Shown here: piece after piece, positions 34,510 to 43,134 of the stretch | Layout: the number at the start of each line of letters is the position of its first letter | How positions within the stretch are numbered: position 1 is the first letter of the stretch | DNA from: an uncultured Gammaproteobacteria bacterium | GTDB lineage: Bacteria; Patescibacteriota; Patescibacteriia; UBA11705; JABHMO01 | NCBI GenBank assembly: GCA_964486065.1 | Contig: CAZAKN010000006.1 | Span: 1-62,684, forward strand | Length of the DNA stretch: 62,684 bases | Reading direction: 5' to 3' | Position numbers and translations under genes: made by a program | The notes under the pieces: model-generated | What the model was told of the DNA's origin: nothing | The model's database searches: none | What the model saw: only the letters and a program-made list of their open reading frames with translations

Positions 34510-35400
34510 TTATTGATGGAAATCTATCTCCAAAAGATAAAATATGAAATCCAAATTACGATTCATGTATTTTTCCGTAACCTTCTTAATTTCATGGTTA
34601 TTCAAATAATGATCTTTGCTTGCTCGCATATACAAATTCCACAAATCACGAAAGCAATTTTCATCACAACCGTATTCTCGTTCCAAGGCCGAGAAAAACA
34701 AAGCTCCCTTGGTATGCGCGGTGAAATATTGCGGAACTTGATCCAAGGATCGCTCATTCACTCTTAATTCTTCCCAATATCGCAAAGCCGTAATATATCG
34801 CGAATCCAAATCTTCAATCTGCGAACAGATCCGATTGCCTTGCAAATATATACTGATCCCCTCATGCAACCAAGCGGTCGGAGAATCACTCCAACACCCC
34901 ACATGTACGAAATATCCCGCATTATTGGTAAAAGCATGAGCTGTTTCATGAATATCCATGCGCACATCGGATAACGCGTTAATCGCGGTTTGACCATCTT
35001 GTTTAATGCCGATAAATCCGGGAAAAGTCAGGGTAACCGCTGATGCCCCGCCCAAACTCCTGGTATCCACGCGATAGTACAACCAATTCAAAGTATGAGA
35101 TACTTTGTAATTGATTTTGATTTTCGGGTGATGACCGAGAAACCTCGACAAGCATTGCCAAGCTTTGGTTTGTTTTTCCAAGGTGGCACGCAAAATCTCT
35201 TCATCCCGCGGGCAACAAGCTGAACATGACACACTCACCCATTCATTATCCTCAATTATTTGCGAAGCTATTCCTCGCTCACAAATGGGAATCCAATGTC
35301 CCACTTTGAATTTTTGATAAATGCTTTGACATCTTTTGCTCTGCCCGGCGCAGCCGAACATCATGCCAAGAATTAAAATCAAAAAACATTTTTTCAGCAT
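34510..35400 (-). CDS. putative lipoprotein zinc metallopeptidase (HExxH, peptidase-MA-like)
   Basis: ATG at 35400 preceded by AAGGAGG. Lipobox LGMMFGC. HETAH plus a downstream WLHEGISIY glutamate motif. Confidence 0.7.
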   Translation of the reverse strand: MLKKCFLILILGMMFGCAGQSKRCQSIYQKFKVGHWIPICERGIASQIIEDNEWVSVSCSACCPRDEEILRATLEKQTKAWQCLSRFLGHHPKIKINYKVSHTLNWLYYRVDTRSLGGASAVTLTFPGFIGIKQDGQTAINALSDVRMDIHETAHAFTNNAGYFVHVGCWSDSPTAWLHEGISIYLQGNRICSQIEDLDSRYITALRYWEELRVNERSLDQVPQYFTAHTKGALFFSALEREYGCDENCFRDLWNLYMRASKDHYLNNHEIKKVTEKYMNRNLDFIFYLLEIDFHQ

Positions 35401-35497
35401 TACCGCCTCCTTGTGAATGAACAACTAACTTAGTTTATTAGCGCGTTAAATTTTTGTCAACAAAAAATCCCCGGCAATCGCGGAGATTTTTAATATC

Positions 35498-35923
35498 TTA
35501 AGCGACTTTTTTATTTTTTATCAATAACCAATGATACAAATACAGAGGCATTCCCACGATAATCATGGCCAAGCTGGTGGCTGATTCACGATGACGACGA
35601 GATTTTACCGGATCAATTTGCGAGCGTCTTTCTTTCCAATCGTTGTAATCCTGAATTATTGTTTCCAATTCCTGTTTTTCTTCAGCTGACAAAATAACTT
35701 CTCCGCTTGTGTTTTGATTATCTTCCAAAAGATTTCGCGGTTTGGCATAATAGGTGTCAAACGGTCTTTGCCAACTCAAACGAGTTTCTTCATCTGCGGC
35801 GGTAAAAACCCAAGCTTTCAAGCCCATGTCAATAAATCTCACACTGCCAATAATCAATAGAATCAAACCAACTAAAGCAAATGAATAAAGATAAATGGTT
35901 CTTAACCAAGATTGTTTTTCCAT
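35498..35923 (-). CDS. membrane protein (2 TM, extracytoplasmic loop)
   Basis: The ATG at 35923 avoids overlap with the upstream gene. No family assigned. Confidence 0.6.
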   Translation of the reverse strand: MEKQSWLRTIYLYSFALVGLILLIIGSVRFIDMGLKAWVFTAADEETRLSWQRPFDTYYAKPRNLLEDNQNTSGEVILSAEEKQELETIIQDYNDWKERRSQIDPVKSRRHRESATSLAMIIVGMPLYLYHWLLIKNKKVA

Positions 35924-35933
35924 AAATAAAATT

Positions 35934-36401
35934 TTATTTGTTTTTTTGATAAGTTTGCCAAGCAAATAACCAGTTTAACATGAGCCAAGCCAAAACCGGC
36001 AGTAAAAAGGATGCTCCGACAATTGAAATCATGCTCCAAAAATAAATGCCGGATAAAACCGTTAAAATCCACAATAGAATAAATATTACGAAAGCGCCTA
36101 TATTATGCTTGCGCCACATGAAGAAATTACCGGTGGAAAATAATGTGAAAAACAACACATAAAAACCCAAGACCAAAGACGCTTCCATTCTATTATCAAT
36201 TTGATTCCAAGTTAGCAATCCGGCGATGGTCAGCAAGGTATAATTCAAATACCAAGTGTATAAATATTTATTATCATGTATCGCTTTAATCGGTTTTGCT
36301 CTTACGGTTTCAAACCAAACCGCTCCTTCATTTGATAAATAACTGGCGATCAAAACCGCAAAAAACATAATGAAAGGAATAATAATGTAACCTAAATACA
36401 T
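35934..36401 (-). CDS. integral membrane protein (about 5 TM, Trp-rich)
   Basis: 155 aa. TspO-like size and topology, but the signature was not confirmed. Confidence 0.65.
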   Translation of the reverse strand: MYLGYIIIPFIMFFAVLIASYLSNEGAVWFETVRAKPIKAIHDNKYLYTWYLNYTLLTIAGLLTWNQIDNRMEASLVLGFYVLFFTLFSTGNFFMWRKHNIGAFVIFILLWILTVLSGIYFWSMISIVGASFLLPVLAWLMLNWLFAWQTYQKNK

Positions 36402-36410
36402 ATTGGTAAA

Positions 36411-36836
36411 TTAATTATTTTGTTCACATTCCCCCCTGTAAAATAACCATTCTTCACATTCATTACCGTTTTCAAATACGCAATATCCGACTTGTCCGCC
36501 ATCTTCGTTTTCACGCAGTTCCAATTCACCACCTTGATCCAAACAATAAGTTGAAGCCGGATTGGCAATTTCAATATTACCGTTTTCAATTTCATTCAAA
36601 TTATCCAATACTTCCACATGCAACTTTCCTTGACCATCACGACATTGTCGCGGATAACTTTCCATGACGGGAAAACCGGCATCCACGCATTCTTGAAAAT
36701 TATTTACTTGTTCATTAACCAAAGGAAGCTCTTCAATATCAACGGTTTTTTCATGTGTTAAAATTTTTACGGATAAAGCCACGGCCGAGACAACGACCAA
36801 AGCCAACATGATTATCAATATATAATCTTTTTTCAT
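36411..36836 (-). CDS. DUF333 domain protein, membrane-anchored
   Basis: ANPASTYCLDQGGELE...GYCVFENGNECEEWLFYRGEC matches the DUF333 pattern. Confidence 0.8.
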   Translation of the reverse strand: MKKDYILIIMLALVVVSAVALSVKILTHEKTVDIEELPLVNEQVNNFQECVDAGFPVMESYPRQCRDGQGKLHVEVLDNLNEIENGNIEIANPASTYCLDQGGELELRENEDGGQVGYCVFENGNECEEWLFYRGECEQNN

Positions 36837-36881
36837 AAAAAATTAAGTTTGATTTCATAAATAATTATACTATTTTTACCA

Positions 36882-37964
36882 TCACTTGGCAAAACCGGCT
36901 ATTTGTTTTTTAAGTGCCAAAATCCGTCGCAATGATTGTCTCGTTTTTACCTCGGAAAAATTTAGCGTGAGCCTCCTCCTCGCAAATTCATATTCCTCTC
37001 CCGCCCCGACATATAATAAAATATCATTTCCCGCCCCGAAAGCGAGATCGGCAGCTTGAGCCGGATCATAATTATTTTGCAAAGCGCCCATCAACATATC
37101 ATCGGTAATCAGAACTCCTTGAAACGCCAAACTATCACGCAAATAATTCAAATGAACCGCGGACAATGAGGCCGGATATTCATCCAAATCAGGAAACTGA
37201 ATATGCCCGCTCATCATCATGGCCGGACGACTTTGACTCATCAAAGAACTGAATTGTGAAACATAATCCGAATAGCTCATGCTTTTTAAATCAACACTCG
37301 GCAATTGCTTATGCGAATCCACTCCCTCACCATGATGTCCCGGATAATGTTTGGGACAAGCGATAATTCCGGCATCTTGATAACCTCTGACCATGGCCGC
37401 TCCCAGATCCGCGACTTGCCCGCGATCTCCACGGAAGACTCTGCCATATAAAAATGAATCTTGATCTTCAATGTAATCCATAACCGGCGAAAAATTAACA
37501 TTGATTCCCAGACTTTTCAATTGTGTTCCTCTTTCATAAGCGACTTGATATGCTCGTGAAACGGTGTTGAGTTCCGCTTGCGCGGTGCTTTCATACATGG
37601 AAGGCAGTCGGCTTACCAAACCACCTTCCTGATCAATGGCGATCAACAAAGGATACTCCGGATGTGGATTGGAAGCTTGAATTTGCGCTGTTAAATTTTT
37701 TATTTGTTCTTCATCTTGCAAATTATATTTCATCAATATCACGCCTCCGGCGAAACCTTGTTGCAATAAGTTTTTAGTTTGCTCGGGTAATTCATAGCCG
37801 TTAAAACCGACCATAAAAAATTGTCCCGCTTTTTGTTCCGCGGACCAATCCGGTTCTTGCCAAACCGTTTTTTCTTGCGGTTCATTAATACTAAAAGCGA
37901 ATAACAAAACAGCACCGGCTATTACCACGGCCAAAATAATTTTAAAATATTTGGATATTTGCAT
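36882..37964 (-). CDS. nagZ: glycoside hydrolase family 3 beta-N-acetylhexosaminidase
   Basis: IAIDQEGG, FSPVMD, KHYPGHHGEG motifs. N-terminal signal/anchor. Confidence 0.88.
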   Translation of the reverse strand: MQISKYFKIILAVVIAGAVLLFAFSINEPQEKTVWQEPDWSAEQKAGQFFMVGFNGYELPEQTKNLLQQGFAGGVILMKYNLQDEEQIKNLTAQIQASNPHPEYPLLIAIDQEGGLVSRLPSMYESTAQAELNTVSRAYQVAYERGTQLKSLGINVNFSPVMDYIEDQDSFLYGRVFRGDRGQVADLGAAMVRGYQDAGIIACPKHYPGHHGEGVDSHKQLPSVDLKSMSYSDYVSQFSSLMSQSRPAMMMSGHIQFPDLDEYPASLSAVHLNYLRDSLAFQGVLITDDMLMGALQNNYDPAQAADLAFGAGNDILLYVGAGEEYEFARRRLTLNFSEVKTRQSLRRILALKKQIAGFAK

Positions 37965-38087
37965 ACAACTCTATTTTATCAAATCGCAAGCGATTTTTAC
38001 AGTCAATAAAACAGCTCGTTTGACAAAAACCTCATAATAAGTTTTAATCAAAAATCAAACAATACAAAACCGGAAGGAGGTTACAGA

Positions 38088-38597
38088 GTGAAAATATTGA
38101 AGAAGTTGGACCTTGATAAAAATCAATGGCAAAAGCATAGCTATATTCGCACATTCTTCCTCGTCAACACTGAAAAACTCGAAAATTTATATGAGCAACT
38201 GAACGGCTCTCTTGAACTGAACGCGGAAAGCTGGCACCGATTCGCGAACAGTAAAGAATTGTTTAATTTGGTTTATCCGCTTATACCAAACATTTCAAGC
38301 TTTACGCTTGAAGCCATCGCCTACAGCGAACCGGTTGAATGGCTTGGTGATGAAATGAGAACCGGCGATTGTGAAGTTTATCATGCCATGCCATTTGAAT
38401 TGCATGACAACATGCAAAGACCCGATATCAGCTTTGGATTCATACAACACGCGACCAAGTGCTTTATCACCATGTTAAATCATATGTTTTTTAAACACTT
38501 ATACCAAAAACCCTTTATGATTCTGCGTGACATTCAAGGCACGGGTAGTTCTTGGGTATGTTTAAATGACGATCTGGACTATTACCAAATAGAGTAA
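38088..38597 (+). CDS. hypothetical protein (SD-led, GTG start, monocistronic)
   Basis: 169 aa. AAGGAGG lies 7 nt upstream of the GTG. Has its own terminator. Confidence 0.7.
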   Translation: MKILKKLDLDKNQWQKHSYIRTFFLVNTEKLENLYEQLNGSLELNAESWHRFANSKELFNLVYPLIPNISSFTLEAIAYSEPVEWLGDEMRTGDCEVYHAMPFELHDNMQRPDISFGFIQHATKCFITMLNHMFFKHLYQKPFMILRDIQGTGSSWVCLNDDLDYYQIE

Positions 38598-38612
38598 ATA
38601 CATCCGTGATTT

Positions 38613-38637
38613 AACCGCCAAAATTTGGCGGTTTTTT
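38613..38637 (+). terminator. Rho-independent terminator
   Basis: AACCGCC.../...GGCGGTT stem followed by T6. Confidence 0.75.
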
Positions 38638-38732
38638 ATTTTAAAAAATAATACAAATATGCTTATCAAAATCTTTACATAATCATAATATAATCACATT
38701 TCATTAATTTTCAAATTGTTTTCACGGTAAAC

Positions 38733-38764
38733 AAAAATACCTCATTTTAAAAGAGGTATTTTTA
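38733..38764. terminator. bidirectional hairpin terminator
   Basis: Stem AATACCTC/GAGGTATT flanked by an A-run and a T-run. Confidence 0.7.
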
Positions 38765-38774
38765 TCTATCCGAT

Positions 38775-40778
38775 TTATTTATGATACTTAACAGTAGTGG
38801 TAAAAACTTCAGCGACTCCGTCCAAACTTACTCTGCGTTTGGTGGAACAATTGATCACATAATTACTTTTATCAAAACACAAATCATCACCTTTACCAAA
38901 GACATCACTCAAATACCAACGATAATCATCATTCCAAAATAGTAATCCAAAAACATCGCTGGTATAAATTTTGTAACCATATACTTCACTCGGCATTTCA
39001 TGAAGAAATTTTTTTGTATCGTAAGTTGACTTCAAAACATCACGAAGATACAGAGTATTATTTCCGGCGACTTTTCTGAGCCAAAATCTGTGTCCATCTT
39101 GATAATATGCTTTGATCGCATTGAAAGATACTTTTTTAAAAGCAATATGACGACGAATAATCGTGGCGGTGGTATCATCTCCGTCCAAATAATTCATAAA
39201 TGACTTGATATCCGTCACATATTTGGAATGTTCGGGAAATTGATAAAAATGAATAGCTTCACGACCATTAACTTTAATATCGTCCAGTAAATATTTAATA
39301 TTACCTTTCGCGGTTCTAGAAGACACGCCTGATAAATTATGTTTATATTGGTCGGAATGATAATGACAATCTGATCCGATAATATTGGCCAAATCCGCCA
39401 TGACTTCAATTCTGCAATCAACACCCGCGGAACCGGCTGAACATGAATTGAATTGTTTCCATAATTTACCAACTCTTGATCCCAATTCTGAAAATTCATA
39501 TCTGCCTAGGATTGAAAACAATCGCATATACTCGGCAGATGGCGCGCAATAGTCGCCACATAAATTACAGTCACGATCAATGGTAGCCGCTTCAGATACG
39601 CTTAATTTATCATAATAATTATTTGTATTGGCTCCATATTTGCTCAATTGTCGTTTGGCGCAATTGGAATTCAAGCCGGTATTCAAAGAAAAACCGACCA
39701 CCATTCTTTTATCATAATCAGTCTTCCAAACGCTCGGCCAATCAAAATATGATTTATTGTAAGAACTTATCTTATTATTTGAAGATGAATTGGGACTTGA
39801 GCGTTGCTGGTCTTTTTCTTGCTCTTGCTTTTTTCGTTCTTCAGCTTCTTGTCTTTGTTTTTCCAATTCTTTTTTTCGTTCAAGTTCGGCCTGTCTTTGT
39901 TCAGCCAATGCATTTTGTCGAGCTTCCGCTTCACGGCGTTTTTGCTCCGCCAATTGTTCTTGCTTGGCTTTTTCGCTTTGAGATGCCAATAATTCTTGGC
40001 GTTTTCTTTTCGCTTCTTGCTTTTTTTGTTCCGCTAAACGGCGTCGCTTATCAGCTTCTTGTCTTTGCTTTTCCAATTCTTTTCGTCTTTCAAGCTCGGC
40101 CTTTCTTTTTTTCGCCAACTGTCTTTGTTTTTGTTCATGAATTTTCTGTTGTCCCAAAGCTTCTTGTTTTTTTTGTTCGGCCAAGCGTCTTTTTTCTTCC
40201 AAATAATCCTCATAACCATTGCTATTTGAATTGCCAGTTTTTTTGGCGCTACGCGTCGCCGGCACAAAAGCGGAAGTTTGATTCTGATTATTGGAATAAT
40301 ATTGATAATTCGGATCAACAGGTATTCGGTTTAAATCAGCATTACTGATCCCTAGTCCCAAACTTTTTATAATACGAAAAGCGTCAACCGGTTTACCCAA
40401 AAAATATCCTCGTGAATTTACCGGATACACATAATACGCTTCGCCTTTTGATTCAACATCCAACAAAATTTTTCCTGCCAAACGCATTGGAAATCCGTAT
40501 CTTAAATAATTATGCAATTCATCATGCCTTATTCCCACGCCGAATTCTTTCATCATAAAAAACGCGTCACTCGGCTTTCCCATGTAACATCTTTTATAAT
40601 TATCCGGATTAACATACCAAGCTTCGCCCCTTGATTCAACTTGCAATAAAATTCGTCCGCTGAGTTTTTGCCTAAGATTAGTGACCGCTTCCGCGGGGGA
40701 AGAAATCGCAAAAAAACAAACTGAAATCATTAATACCGCCATGGAAATCACTGATAATTGTTGTAATTTGAGTTTCAT
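38775..40778 (-). CDS. large secreted repeat protein (two N-terminal about 50-aa repeats, K/E/Q/R coiled-coil repeats, C-terminal globular domain)
   Basis: ATG at 40778 followed by signal peptide MKLKLQQLSVISMAVLMISVCFFAISSPAEA. Repeats GRILLQVESRGEAWYVNP... and GKILLDVESKGEAYYVYP.... RRLAEQKKQEA and AELER(R/K)KELEKQRQEA each occur twice. Confidence 0.8.
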   Translation of the reverse strand: MKLKLQQLSVISMAVLMISVCFFAISSPAEAVTNLRQKLSGRILLQVESRGEAWYVNPDNYKRCYMGKPSDAFFMMKEFGVGIRHDELHNYLRYGFPMRLAGKILLDVESKGEAYYVYPVNSRGYFLGKPVDAFRIIKSLGLGISNADLNRIPVDPNYQYYSNNQNQTSAFVPATRSAKKTGNSNSNGYEDYLEEKRRLAEQKKQEALGQQKIHEQKQRQLAKKRKAELERRKELEKQRQEADKRRRLAEQKKQEAKRKRQELLASQSEKAKQEQLAEQKRREAEARQNALAEQRQAELERKKELEKQRQEAEERKKQEQEKDQQRSSPNSSSNNKISSYNKSYFDWPSVWKTDYDKRMVVGFSLNTGLNSNCAKRQLSKYGANTNNYYDKLSVSEAATIDRDCNLCGDYCAPSAEYMRLFSILGRYEFSELGSRVGKLWKQFNSCSAGSAGVDCRIEVMADLANIIGSDCHYHSDQYKHNLSGVSSRTAKGNIKYLLDDIKVNGREAIHFYQFPEHSKYVTDIKSFMNYLDGDDTTATIIRRHIAFKKVSFNAIKAYYQDGHRFWLRKVAGNNTLYLRDVLKSTYDTKKFLHEMPSEVYGYKIYTSDVFGLLFWNDDYRWYLSDVFGKGDDLCFDKSNYVINCSTKRRVSLDGVAEVFTTTVKYHK

Positions 40779-40915
40779 ATTTTCGTATTCCTTTCTACTA
40801 TCATTTAGATAGAAATCAAACAATTTGTCAAATATTATCATATTTTAACTAAATTCATAATATCAATATTTATACTAATTTTAGACAAAAAACCTCATTT
40901 TATCCACTTCTGCTA

Positions 40916-40944
40916 TTGACATGTTTTAATTGTTGTGCTGTTAT
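40916..40944 (+). promoter_or_regulatory. putative promoter of the GC-rich intergenic transcript
   Basis: TTGACA-17 nt-TGTTAT. Confidence 0.45.
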
Positions 40945-40950
40945 GTAGTC

Positions 40951-41277
40951 ACGATTTAAGTTCTTTTATTGCGTACCATTGACCAAAACCCCTCACGCCC
41001 CACAAACACACCACGGGCGTGTACAAACGACAAAAGGAGGGCAAATGCCTCACTGGGACCCTGGCTAAATATCATACAACTCCCCTCCCCACCGACCGCC
41101 ACATCAGGTAAGCCATCTGTGTCGCTTATGTCCGCGACGCGCCAAGGCTACCTCGGATGTGGCAGGGCCAAACAGCAGGTCGTTCAACGCAATGAGAAAA
41201 TGTCCGATGACATGCCTCTCATATTGTGCGACCAAGTTTCGCCCGCCCCCCGATCACACGATCGGGGGTTTTCTTTT
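40951..41277 (+). ncRNA. candidate structured non-coding RNA, class unknown
   Basis: GC-rich island in an AT-rich intergenic region. Nested helices: 40994-41000/41015-41021; 41099-41105/41156-41162 enclosing 41106-41114/41146-41153 and 41121-41125/41134-41138; and a long hairpin at 41178-41233. A G-U pair favours the plus strand. Ends in an intrinsic terminator. Confidence 0.5.
41246..41277 (+). terminator. Rho-independent terminator
   Basis: CCCCCGATC-ACAC-GATCGGGGG followed by TTTTCTTTT. Confidence 0.85.
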
Positions 41278-41285
41278 AATAAAAA

Positions 41286-41320
41286 CACCCCGCTTGATTT
41301 CACAACGGGGTGTTTTTATT
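41286..41320. terminator. second (bidirectional) terminator
   Basis: Stem CACCCCG/CGGGGTG flanked by A5 and T5ATTT. Can also terminate the minus-strand tRNA-Thr. Confidence 0.8.
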
Positions 41321-41335
41321 TGAAAAAATAATTAC

Positions 41336-41411
41336 TGGAGCCGTCGAGCGGGATTGAACCGCTGACCTCATCCTTACCATGGATGCGCTCTACCAACTGA
41401 GCTACGACGGC
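41336..41411 (-). tRNA. tRNA-Thr (GGT), encoded CCA
   Basis: Acceptor GCCGTCG/CGACGGC, anticodon stem CATCC/GGATG with loop ATGGTAA, T-arm AGCGG-TTCAATC-CCGCT. Confidence 0.9.
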
Positions 41412-41476
41412 GAAGATTAAAACTTGAATCAACTTGAATTACACTCTTTTCAATATTTATTCAGTACTCCGCGATT

Positions 41477-42337
41477 TTAATTACCAAAATCCGCGATTTT
41501 TTCTTCGTATTCCTTTAATTTTTGATTTTCCGGATTTACCTGTCGCAATCTTTGCCAAACCTCCATTGCTTTATTCTTATCTTTCATGATTATACAAATT
41601 TGTAACAATTGATCAAGATTGCGCGGATTATTCGGTTCCAATTCATAAGCGCTGTTATAATGCTCCAAAGCTTGTTCGTTTTTTTCCATCATTTGATAAA
41701 CAAAACCCAAATCAATATGAGCGTCCGCCAATTCATGAGCATTACTCAACGCTGTGTAAGTTCTACCATGTTCATCTTTTTTCTCCACGGCTTTACTGTT
41801 TTTCTTTTCAAGTTTTAAAACAAAACCGGCTGTTTGCAAGGCTTGCTTGTAATCCTTTTGTTCTGAATAAACATCCGCCAAACCTTTGTAAGCCTTGATG
41901 CAAGCGGGATCCAAACTGATCAATTCAATATATTTTTTTTCCGCTTCTCCATAATTTTCATCTTTCACTTGCTGTTCCGCCTCTTGCAACATGGTCGCTG
42001 TTTTTTGAGTCAATGACTCCCCTTTCAACTTCGCGGACTTGCCTCTTGATTCCAATTGATATTTTCTTTCCAAAGCATAAATCTTTTTAAACAGCTTACT
42101 GAAAAAATCGCTCATTTTTTTAAACAAAGGAGACACTCCTTTTTGCAGAGCTTTTTGACTTTTTTCGGTACTCCTTTTCATGCGATCATACAACAATCTT
42201 TGTCTGACTTTGTCATGCTTCTCCTCCGGCACCGTATTCACATCCAGCAATCTTATTTTGGGGAATTTACTGATCACGATTCCCACCATAATCATGAGAC
42301 AAATCGCTATCACTATTCCCAATATAATATTCAACAT
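41477..42337 (-). CDS. membrane-anchored TPR repeat protein
   Basis: N-terminal TM helix followed by several TPR-like repeats (AEKKYIELISLDP, ALEHYNSAYELEPNNP, AMEVWQRLRQVNPEN). Confidence 0.8.
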   Translation of the reverse strand: MLNIILGIVIAICLMIMVGIVISKFPKIRLLDVNTVPEEKHDKVRQRLLYDRMKRSTEKSQKALQKGVSPLFKKMSDFFSKLFKKIYALERKYQLESRGKSAKLKGESLTQKTATMLQEAEQQVKDENYGEAEKKYIELISLDPACIKAYKGLADVYSEQKDYKQALQTAGFVLKLEKKNSKAVEKKDEHGRTYTALSNAHELADAHIDLGFVYQMMEKNEQALEHYNSAYELEPNNPRNLDQLLQICIIMKDKNKAMEVWQRLRQVNPENQKLKEYEEKIADFGN

Positions 42338-42369
42338 ATTCCCAATTCTAGCAAAATTCACTTGGATTA

Positions 42370-43134
42370 TCAAGCCCTGCGGGCGGCTTCAACTATTTCT
42401 TCCATTTCCGTAATTTGAGTGGAAGCTTTGCCAATCAACATCCCGTCCAAAAAATCACCTGCCCAATATTCATCACAATTTTCCGCGTTAACACTGCCAC
42501 CGTAAAGAAATGCGGTTTTCTCTTCAAAGTATTTTTCGGAAAAAAGACCGGCAATATTCCTTTTAACCAATCTTTGCACTTCACTTAGCGCATCTACCGA
42601 CATATTATCGCCCGTTCCGATCGCCCAAGCTGGTTCGTAAGCTATTAATAATCTGTTTTCCGGCAAATATCCACATTTATTCAAAACATTCCCGATTTGT
42701 TTGGTCAAAACATTTGCCCATTTTCCGTTTTCTCTTTCTTCTTTCAATTCGCCGATACACAAAATCGGTAATAAGCCGTATTCATAGCATTGATCCAATT
42801 TGTTTTTTATCAAATCATCATTTTCATTTAAACCGCGCCTCCTCTCCGAATGTCCGATAATAGCGTAACGACAACCGGCTCTTCTCAACAAATCCGCCGG
42901 CGATTCTCCAGTGGACGCCATTTTGTCCGTAGCCGAAGCGTTCTGCGACGCCATTTGCAAAGGCGAATCATTAAGTAATTTTTTTATCTCATACAAATAT
43001 AACGAATTGGGAGCCAAAACAATATCCAAATTTTTTATTTTATTAAACTTGCTTAAGTAATCATGCGCCAAAGTCACGGTCTTTGTATGGTTTAGATAAT
43101 TTTTCCAATTACCGATCAATATTTTTTTCATCAT
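42370..43134 (-). CDS. tpiA: triosephosphate isomerase
   Basis: IGNWK, IIGHSERR, AYEPAWAIGTG, LYGGSV motifs. Confidence 0.93.
   Translation of the reverse strand: MMKKILIGNWKNYLNHTKTVTLAHDYLSKFNKIKNLDIVLAPNSLYLYEIKKLLNDSPLQMASQNASATDKMASTGESPADLLRRAGCRYAIIGHSERRRGLNENDDLIKNKLDQCYEYGLLPILCIGELKEERENGKWANVLTKQIGNVLNKCGYLPENRLLIAYEPAWAIGTGDNMSVDALSEVQRLVKRNIAGLFSEKYFEEKTAFLYGGSVNAENCDEYWAGDFLDGMLIGKASTQITEMEEIVEAARRA

Noticed and set aside
40951-41277. Assignment of the candidate RNA to RNase P, tmRNA, SRP RNA or a hammerhead ribozyme
   Set aside because: There is no GGAAAGUCC-type P4 element and no tRNA-like acceptor or T-arm. No tag ORF ends in a hydrophobic tail. Superficial matches to E. 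coli 4.5S (CCAAGGC, GGCAGGGCC) are not accompanied by the GGAA tetraloop or AGCAGC motif. CCGAUGA does not fit CUGANGA with correctly placed GAAA.
40969-41331. 120-aa ORF (TTG start) spanning the GC-rich intergenic element
   Set aside because: The composition is P/S/T/R-rich, as expected for an out-of-frame read of GC-rich DNA. There is no SD or ATG start. The frame reads straight through two intrinsic terminators, and the region folds into nested helices. An open frame of this length is still somewhat unlikely by chance, so protein-level conservation should be checked.
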